Part shown: piece after piece, positions 25,952 to 32,000 of the stretch
Layout: every line of letters starts with the position of its first letter
How positions within the stretch are numbered: the stretch's first letter is position 1
Notes under the pieces: generated by a model
Databases searched by the model: none
Seen by the model: only the letters and a program-made list of their open reading frames with translations
What the model was told of the DNA's origin: nothing
Source: an uncultured Actinomycetota bacterium
GTDB taxonomy: Bacteria > Actinomycetota > Acidimicrobiia > Acidimicrobiales > Palsa-688
Reading direction: 5' to 3'
Length of the DNA: 32,000 bases
NCBI GenBank assembly: GCA_963783945.1
Contig: CAWAPS010000005.1
Span: forward strand, 444,500 to 476,499
Position numbers and translations under genes: made by a program

Positions 25952-26299
25952 ATGCCCGCCGCACCCGACGTCCTCGAGGTGATCGCCGAACCGACGCGGC
26001 GACGGATCCTTGACGCGGTCCGCGAGCGCGAGCGCTCGGTGAGCGACCTTGTCCAGCAGGTCGGCATGCATCAGCCCGGTGTGTCTCGTCACCTCAAGGT
26101 GTTGCGCGACGCCGGGCTGGTGGAGGTCCGACGCGATGCCCAGCGGCGGATGTATCGACTGCGTGCGGAACCGCTGATGGAGCTCGACGCCTGGCTGGAG
26201 CCGTATCGAGCGGAGTGGGCCGGGCGACTTGATTCGCTCGAAAGACACCTGCGACGCACCGCCAAACCGATCCCCCCTAGTTCAAAGGAACACTCATGA
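25952..26299 (+). CDS. ArsR/SmtB family transcriptional regulator
   Basis: LEVIAEPTRRRILDAVRERERSVSDLVQQVGMHQPGVSRHLKVLRDAGLVEVRRDAQRRMYRL. Its stop overlaps the next start (ATGA). Confidence 0.85.
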   Translation: MPAAPDVLEVIAEPTRRRILDAVRERERSVSDLVQQVGMHQPGVSRHLKVLRDAGLVEVRRDAQRRMYRLRAEPLMELDAWLEPYRAEWAGRLDSLERHLRRTAKPIPPSSKEHS

Positions 26300-26832
26300 G
26301 CGACCGCACCACCTCCCCTTCCGACGGCACGCTGGAGCGCACCGCCGATGGCGGAGTCATCCGATTCGAACGTCATCTCGACTATCCGATCCGCGAGATC
26401 TGGGACGCCATCACGAGCCCGGCGCGATTGGCGGACTGGTGGCTGCCCTTCGACGCGGACATCAGCGTGGACCTCCGTGAAGGCGGCCAGATGGTGTTCG
26501 CTGCCACTGGTGATGAGCCGATGACAATCACGTCCACGATCCTCCGGGTCGAGCCGCCGATGCTCCTCGAACACACCCACGCCGATCCCGGTTCGTACAT
26601 GCGTTGGGAGCTCGAACCGGTCGACACCGGGTGCGTTCTGCGGCTGAGCCACTTCGTCACCGACACCGCCGCCGCGATCGACAACTGCTACATCGTCGGA
26701 CTGCACGCCTCGCTTGCCCGGCTCGGACCGAGCCTCGCCGGTCGCCCCATCGCCTGGGACTGGGGTGGTTTCGCCGACGCTCAAGCGCACTACTCCGGCA
26801 TTGGTCTCGCGCCCCCGGTGATTGCTCCGTGA
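26296..26832 (+). CDS. SRPBCC (Aha1/START-like) domain protein
   Basis: FERHLDYPIREIWDAITSPARLADWW is typical of ArsR-linked SRPBCC proteins. AAGGA lies before the ATG. Confidence 0.8.
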   Translation: MSDRTTSPSDGTLERTADGGVIRFERHLDYPIREIWDAITSPARLADWWLPFDADISVDLREGGQMVFAATGDEPMTITSTILRVEPPMLLEHTHADPGSYMRWELEPVDTGCVLRLSHFVTDTAAAIDNCYIVGLHASLARLGPSLAGRPIAWDWGGFADAQAHYSGIGLAPPVIAP

Positions 26833-26992
26833 CGTCATCGCCCGCCACCAACCGCCGGGTGGTTCGGATCCGATGACGGATCCGAGATGGCTGCAGCCTG
26901 GAGTTGTGTCGTGAAGTGAGAGCGCACACGCCACCGCTACGGGAGCAGGTCGATCGCAAAGTTCGCAGCCCACACCGAGGAAGGATTAACGA

Positions 26993-27637
26993 ATGTCCCA
27001 GCTGCTCCGAGTCCAATGCTTCAACGTGTCGCGGGATGGGTTCGGTGCCGGTGAAGGTCAGAGCCTCGAACACCCCTTCGGGCATGCCAGCCCCGCCGAT
27101 CTGTTCTCGTGGGCCGGCGCCACCGCGAGCTGGGTCAACCGAGCGGACCCCGGCGGCGCCCGCGGGCTCGACGACTACTTCACCCGCGACATGACGCGCA
27201 ACATCGGCGCCGAGATCATGGGGCGGAACAAGTTCGGACCCCAACGCGGACCGTGGAAGAGCCTCGACTGGAAGGGATGGTGGGGCGACACTCCGCCCTT
27301 CCACACCCCGGTGTTTGTACTCACCCACCACGAGCGCCCCTCTTTCGCGCTCGCCGACACGACGTTCCACTTCATCGACGCCACACCCGCCGAGGCCTTG
27401 GAGCAAGCGCAGGAAGCTGCTGGCGGCATGGACGTGCGCTTGGGTGGCGGCGTAGCAACCATCCGCGAATTCCTCGAAGCCGACCTCGTTGACACGATGC
27501 ACGTCGCTGTCGCGCCAACCGATCTCGGTCGAGGCGAACGCCTTTGGACTTCCCACAGCGAACTGCTCAATCGCTTCCACCGGGACTCTGTGCCCAGCCC
27601 CAGCGGAGTGACCCATCTGCTGTTCTGGCGGCGGTGA
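26993..27637 (+). CDS. dihydrofolate reductase-like (RibD C-terminal domain) family protein
   Basis: GAAGGA lies before the ATG. Contains FNVSRDGFGAG ... IMGRNKF ... VFVLTHH ... RLGGGVATIREFLEADLVDTMHVAVAP. Confidence 0.8.
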   Translation: MSQLLRVQCFNVSRDGFGAGEGQSLEHPFGHASPADLFSWAGATASWVNRADPGGARGLDDYFTRDMTRNIGAEIMGRNKFGPQRGPWKSLDWKGWWGDTPPFHTPVFVLTHHERPSFALADTTFHFIDATPAEALEQAQEAAGGMDVRLGGGVATIREFLEADLVDTMHVAVAPTDLGRGERLWTSHSELLNRFHRDSVPSPSGVTHLLFWRR

Positions 27638-27805
27638 CCACCACGGACCATGACAGCAAATCGATTTCTGCCAGATCGGGCCCCGTGTCCCAGAACGGCG
27701 GCTTCGCCGGGGTCGGGAAGCGGTTGGAGATCGCGGCGCCTGGAGTCGGATCGGGATCCGGCGCCGTCGTGGTGGCACTCACCTGCCCTCTCAGGAAGGC
27801 GCTAG

Positions 27806-28672
27806 CTACAGGAAGCCGATCCTCGACAGCGGCCACACCAGGATGAACGCCCGCCCGATGAACAGGCTCCCCGGGACCGGGCCGAAGACCCTCGAATCGC
27901 TGGAGTCGGTGCGATTGTCGCCAAGCATGATGTACTCCCCGGGTGGAATGCGGCAGGAACCGGGGGGCGAGGGCAGGCACCCAGGGATGCTGGAGGGGAA
28001 GACGGTGACCCCCTGGTCGACCTTTGGGAGCCAGGGTTGCGGCAGATAACGGCCGTCGACGTAGACTTGGCCGTGGCGGGCGGAGATCGTCTCGCCGGGA
28101 AGGCCGATGACCCGCTTCACCAGGTCGGTGATATCCGGCGTGGTGTCGTCCGCGGGCTTCTTGAAGACCACGATGTCGCCTCGGTGGACGCTGTGGAAGT
28201 GGTAGCTCAGCTTGTTCACGAGGAGCCGGTCGTGGGTCTTGAGCGTCGGTTCCATGGACCCGGACGGGATGCTGAACGGCTGCACCACGAAGGCCCTGAT
28301 GAGGATGGCGGCGACCACTGCCACCGCGACGATGGCAGCCCATTCGACGATGACTCGGGTCGCCGAATGCGACTTCAGACTCGGCGGCTCACCGGGGTCC
28401 CCTGCAGGGTCCTCCTCATCGGTCGGGTCAGCGGGAACTGGCAGGGACACCACGCCAGACGATACCGACCCGGCCCGCGGGCCCGGTATCGGGCCAGGAT
28501 CCGCGCCGCGACCCGGGGTGCCAGTTCTGGACAGTTCCTGTTGTCTGTCGGATCTGGCGGTCAGGCGACACTGGCAGGCGGCTCGACTGGGGCGGGGAAG
28601 GCTCGGGTCTGGTTTGCTTCGGACTCGTTGGTCAGCGTGGCGGATTGACCGTCGGCTACCAGGTGACGCCAA
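27806..28672 (-). CDS. lepB: signal peptidase I (S26 family)
   Basis: The catalytic boxes SGSMEPTL, RGDIVVF, KRVIGLPGE and GDNRTDSSDSR follow a TM segment. The start is uncertain: 28672 would overlap the upstream gene by ~110 nt, and GTG GTG at 28453/28450 is an alternative. Confidence 0.85.
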   Translation of the reverse strand: MASPGSRRSIRHADQRVRSKPDPSLPRPSRAACQCRLTARSDRQQELSRTGTPGRGADPGPIPGPRAGSVSSGVVSLPVPADPTDEEDPAGDPGEPPSLKSHSATRVIVEWAAIVAVAVVAAILIRAFVVQPFSIPSGSMEPTLKTHDRLLVNKLSYHFHSVHRGDIVVFKKPADDTTPDITDLVKRVIGLPGETISARHGQVYVDGRYLPQPWLPKVDQGVTVFPSSIPGCLPSPPGSCRIPPGEYIMLGDNRTDSSDSRVFGPVPGSLFIGRAFILVWPLSRIGFL

Positions 28673-28980
28673 CTGGTTTGCCAGTCTGGAAGTTCGGGAC
28701 TGGGCTGTTCCCAGTCGACGAATGTCGCCTCGTCGCAGAGATGATCCAGGAGTCCTTCAGTGCTGAGATGGGGCTCAGCGTTGACGTAGGCTTGCATCTG
28801 GTTCCGCTGTCGCCAGGCGGTGACGCTCCACCACGCCTCGTGGGCTTCAGCGAGGGCGTCGGCTCCCAGGTTGCCTTCGGATTTCATTGCCTGTTCGAGC
28901 ACAGCGGCGGCATGGGTGAAGAACTCGTCGAGGAGGGAGGAATCCCTGAGCCGCAGGCGGGTCACGACGATGATTGGCAT
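28561..28980 (-). CDS. hypothetical protein, possibly ABM/ferredoxin-like fold
   Basis: ATG at 28980 after AAGGA (MPIIVVTRLRLRDSSLLDEFFTHAAAVLEQAMKSEGNLG ... WWSVTAWRQRNQMQAYV). The family assignment is tentative. Confidence 0.55.
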   Translation of the reverse strand: MPIIVVTRLRLRDSSLLDEFFTHAAAVLEQAMKSEGNLGADALAEAHEAWWSVTAWRQRNQMQAYVNAEPHLSTEGLLDHLCDEATFVDWEQPSPELPDWQTSWRHLVADGQSATLTNESEANQTRAFPAPVEPPASVA

Positions 28981-29305
28981 GCGTGTCCTTCTACTGGTGA
29001 GTTCACGGCTCCTAACGCATCGCGTCTGAGGGCGCTGGCCGCGGTGATGAGTGGGAATGATGGGTGAACCTGGGTATGGAGATAGGGCCGACCCCGATCT
29101 CCATCGATGGACTGAGGATCCCTCAACATTCACGCCGAGGCGGCCTTGAATTAGGCAGCGGTGGCGTCGGAGGTGTGGTCCGGCGTACAGAGAACTTCTA
29201 ACGCTGAGCGGCACGACTTGTTGCCAGTTGCGGTGGCTGTGCGGTTAAAAGGGTGATCATCGCGGGCGGGGCGTAGCCATGCAAGCCCATCTGGGACTAG
29301 GGGGC

Positions 29306-30289
29306 TCAGGCGTCGGGCGGGCTGGTCGATTGGACCCACGCTTGGCGCAGGGAGGCCGGTATCCGACCTCGATTGGGGATGTCCAGGCCGTGGCGTCGAG
29401 CCCAGTCTCGGATCTCGGCCGGGGAGGGATCGCTCTGGCGTTGTGGGACGGACCTCAAGTTCGGCTCATGGCCGATTCGCTCTATTGCTGCGGGTTCGGT
29501 GGAGACCCAGGCATGGGCGGCGGCCAGGTAGCGGTAGGTCCATTCCTCCGCCAGGCTCCGGGTGTCGCAGAACACGATGGGAATGTTGGGCCAGCGGACC
29601 TGGCATTCGGCGATCCCATCGGCGACTAGGGAGGGTCGGACCCGGTCTTGCTTGTAGATCTGCGAGTAGCGGTCCTCGACCACGACGGCGGCGCGGGGCA
29701 GGGCGGCCAGTTCGCCGAGGGCGTAGCGGAGCCGGCCGCTGGTGAGGCTGGCGATCAGGTCGGGCACGGACTTCCGTTCCACCGCGGCGACGAGCACTCC
29801 GTCGAGGATGATCCCGTAGTCGCCGCAGGGCAGGCTTCGGGTGGTCGTGCGCACCTGCTGGCCGGCGAAGTGGTAAGCGTAACGTTCGTGGGCGTCGACG
29901 ACGATCTCGAGCTCTGTGATGCCGGCGGCCCGGGCGGTGGGCAGGTTGACCTGAGGGCGGGCCTGTTTACGGGTGCGGGGGGACTGCCAGAACACCGCGT
30001 TCCGACCCCGGGCGGTGGTGAAGACCAGCTGCGAGCGGTTCTCTCTGGCTCGGGCGGCGACGATGTCAATGGCCGCCCCCCGACGGGCGCAGGAGCGCAG
30101 CGGCACCCGTTCCACGATGTCCGGATCACGTGGCCACTCTTCGGCCGGGACCGGGTAGCAGTAGAGGGCTTTGGTACGGGGCCAGGTTCCGGCAGTGCGC
30201 AAGACGATCCCTTCGCCCAGCGGCACCCGGAGCAGATAGGCGAGGGTGGAGTCCGGATGGGGGTTGGTGGCGATGATTAGTTCTTGCAC
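29306..30289 (-). CDS. ERCC4/XPF-type nuclease domain fused to an Lsr2-type C-terminal DNA-binding domain
   Basis: EIVVDAHERYAY ... LPCGDYGIILDGVLVAAVERKSVPDLIASLTSGRLRYALGELAALPRAAVVVED matches the GDY...ERK ERCC4 signature. The C-terminus PSPAEIRDWARRHGLDIPNRGRIPASLRQAW matches the Lsr2 RGR-hook domain (compare [26 protein letters not shown]). The N-terminal ~130 aa are unassigned. GTG start with no Shine-Dalgarno. Confidence 0.8.
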   Translation of the reverse strand: MQELIIATNPHPDSTLAYLLRVPLGEGIVLRTAGTWPRTKALYCYPVPAEEWPRDPDIVERVPLRSCARRGAAIDIVAARARENRSQLVFTTARGRNAVFWQSPRTRKQARPQVNLPTARAAGITELEIVVDAHERYAYHFAGQQVRTTTRSLPCGDYGIILDGVLVAAVERKSVPDLIASLTSGRLRYALGELAALPRAAVVVEDRYSQIYKQDRVRPSLVADGIAECQVRWPNIPIVFCDTRSLAEEWTYRYLAAAHAWVSTEPAAIERIGHEPNLRSVPQRQSDPSPAEIRDWARRHGLDIPNRGRIPASLRQAWVQSTSPPDA

Positions 30290-30331
30290 GGGCGGAGGGC
30301 GATCTGGTCAGCCAAGGGGCTCGACCAACCA

Positions 30332-30364
30332 TAGTTGAGAGGCCGAGTTGATCAACTTGTTGAC
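30332..30364. promoter_or_regulatory. AGTTGA half-site cluster including a perfect 12-bp palindrome, upstream of the ERCC4-Lsr2 gene
   Basis: AGTTGA (30332-30337), AGTTGATCAACT (30345-30356) and TGTTGAC (30358-30364), lying 43-75 bp upstream of the GTG at 30289. Confidence 0.3.
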
Positions 30365-30677
30365 CGCCGTAGTTCGCACCACACTCCGGGGGCGCCGGTG
30401 CCCTGAAACTGGGTGGGGTTGGCGCGGCAGCCGCCTCGATGACCTGCCTAGAGACTTCACGAAAATGTCCAGCAAACGATCTTGGACGAGACTGGGAGTA
30501 GAACCCCGTCGACTAAGGGTCCATCTGCACCCCTCTGGACCGGAGCCAGACCTACCTGCCGGCGGCCGGGGCGCGGTCGGCGTCAAGGATGGCAGACCGG
30601 CGCATTGACCAAGACGCGGCGAGCGCTGGTGTGTTATCGCAACTACTTGACGCGAAGTGGTCAGGCCGGGCGCGGCT

Positions 30678-30792
30678 GGGCGGGGGAGGGGGAGGGCGGT
30701 GCGGCGCAGGGGGGGTGCTGTGCGGGGGGCCGGCAGGGGGTGCGGCGCAGGACGGGCCGGCAGCGGGTGCGGCGCAGGACAGGCCGGCGCCG
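30678..30792 (+). repeat. G-quadruplex-type G-tract run followed by an imperfect tandem repeat
   Basis: GGGCGGGGGAGGGGGAGGG (30678-30696). GGTGCGGCGCAGG recurs at 30698, 30739 and 30766, and the last two units are 27 bp apart and nearly identical. Confidence 0.6.
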
Positions 30793-31297
30793 GACGGGAC
30801 TCCGGAGGGACGCGCTGTCACAGGGCGGAGCTCGGCGAGCGGCGACGTTGACCAGCACCGGTCCTATCTCATCGATCCGGCTCGACACCCGGTGGGAGTG
30901 GCGGACGTCGGGGGCAACCCCGGCATGCGGGCGACACAACCGCCCAGGGCGCTTCAAATGATGGTCCCGCCCAGACCGGACACGCCAGGGGGGTAGCGCG
31001 TCGTATAGCGGTCTGGGCGGGTATGACTACGCCAAGCGCACGCCGCACACCTGAGTAGTCACAACGAGCGTAGCGCAGGATCTTCGCAGAGGTAACGATT
31101 CGAGTTCGACCGGCTGGCCGGCTCATCCACCGCCAGCGACGGGCCGGCGCCGACGTCGCTCAGGTGACCCAGGTTCGACCGACCGAGAACACATCGAAAC
31201 ATTCTCTAGTCGAACTGACAGTCGATTTTCGCCTCCCCGATCCAGGACAGCCCCGTTCAGGGTCTGCCGCGGCGACAGCGGCCTTGCCGACTCCAGT

Positions 31298-31375
31298 CAC
31301 CCCCCTCACCCACCCCGACCCCCTCACCCACCTTCACCCACCTTCACCCACCTTCACCCGACCCCGACCCCCGCC
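31298..31375 (+). repeat. C-rich decamer tandem repeat
   Basis: CCCTCACCCA, then CCTTCACCCA twice, then CCTTCACCCG (31321-31360). Related CCTCACCCACCCCGACC-type units flank it. Confidence 0.6.
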
Positions 31376-31853
31376 CCGCGACCCACCCGGATCGGCGCCT
31401 CGCCCCCTGCCGGTTACCGTCAGGTTGTTGCCCGGGATTTCAGATCTGATTACTGCCGCCGGAGCGGTCCGTCCCCACTGCCCGGCCGACGGTCAGATCT
31501 CGTCGACGATTGTGTGTCATTCGGATCGTAGGCTTCTCCGAGCCAGTCGGGTCGGAGATCTGAAGGGTGAGGCACACATCGCATTCGCCATAACGGGAGG
31601 TATACCGACCGGTCAGTACCGGCAATGAAAAACGGTGGTGCACGGTACCCGCCTCACACACCCGGCAAACCTCGGTCGGCCGCGTGCTCGCCACGCCCCG
31701 CGACAATACCGACGCAAGGGCGGCTGGCCGGCCCTGCTCGGCTACGGGCTGCCCGCACGGGTAGCCAATGCCGAGCCAGAAACCGCTACCGGATAATCCA
31801 GGCGGCCGGAGACATTGGTCGAGCGAACCCGACGACCCGACAACTCACCGGGT

Positions 31854-32000
31854 CTACTCCCTGGTCGACCGATGGCGGGAAGGTCCGAGATGCAGGCATC
31901 GGTCGATGGCCTCGTCTGTCCTCAGCTTGATGCCTGCTTCCCAGGCGCGGGCGAAGATGGCCGGCTCCAGCCTGGCCCGGAGGGCGTCGAGCTCGGCGGC
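31854..32000 (-). CDS. 3' end of a gene running off the window, resembling the C-terminus of large TPR/LuxR- or SARP-type regulators
   Basis: Open frame from the window edge to a TAG at 31854-31856 with high GC3 (AAELDALRARLEPAIFARAWEAGIKLRTDEAIDRCL). It is not in the ORF track because no start lies in the window. Confidence 0.45.
   Translation of the reverse strand, partial: AAELDALRARLEPAIFARAWEAGIKLRTDEAIDRCLHLGPSRHRSTRE

Noticed and set aside
31000-31200. tRNA or tRNA-fragment (att site) search around GATTCGAGTTCGACC and CAGGTTCGACC
   Set aside because: No cloverleaf can be drawn, since there is no acceptor/T-arm pairing and no GTTCRANYC T-loop in the proper context. No integrase is nearby.
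30698-31375. Tandem repeats considered as a CRISPR array
   Set aside because: The units are 10 bp or 27-41 bp with no unique spacers of regular length, no palindromic repeat structure and no cas genes. They are simple tandem repeats.
31625-31665. Partial resemblance of GGTGCACGGTACCCG to the guanidine-III riboswitch core (GGUGCGCCGUACCCGG)
   Set aside because: Only a ~12-nt stretch matches and the rest of the pseudoknot consensus is absent. No downstream plus-strand gene exists for it to regulate.

Overview
High-GC, actinobacterial-looking accessory region with a strong GC3 coding signal. I recognised no rRNA, tRNA, CRISPR array or transposase. The ORF-track coordinates include the stop codon, and TTG/GTG starts are shown as M. 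The central feature is a glycopeptide-resistance cluster. It has vanS-vanR on the minus strand (5886-7683), then a plus-strand accessory operon (a 54-codon ORF missing from the ORF track, a small membrane-protein gene that changes frame, and a 295-aa membrane-anchored protein with SLT-like motifs), then translationally coupled vanH-vanA-vanX (9726-12321). An ~81-bp block carrying 11-bp-phased direct repeats occurs twice in the same orientation, once ahead of the accessory operon and once ahead of vanH. I read these as paralogous VanR-dependent promoters. vanHAX is visibly lower in GC than its flanks and abuts a 5'-truncated alpha/beta-hydrolase gene, which suggests an acquisition junction. The rest of the window holds redox, stress and regulatory genes: two membrane desaturases, a MarR-VOC pair, an ArsR-SRPBCC-DHFR-like trio, DinB, PRC-barrel, STAS, three GAF-ANTAR paralogs and an extra signal peptidase. 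There is an unusually high load of decayed genes: frameshifted ohr and cupin, and fragments of DyP peroxidase, SnoaL-like, NTF2-like and MarR-like genes. Near the 3' end is an intact ERCC4/XPF-type nuclease fused to an Lsr2-type C-terminal DNA-binding domain, followed by ~1.5 kb of gene-poor, repeat-rich DNA. All product calls rest on motif recognition by eye and no database search was run.
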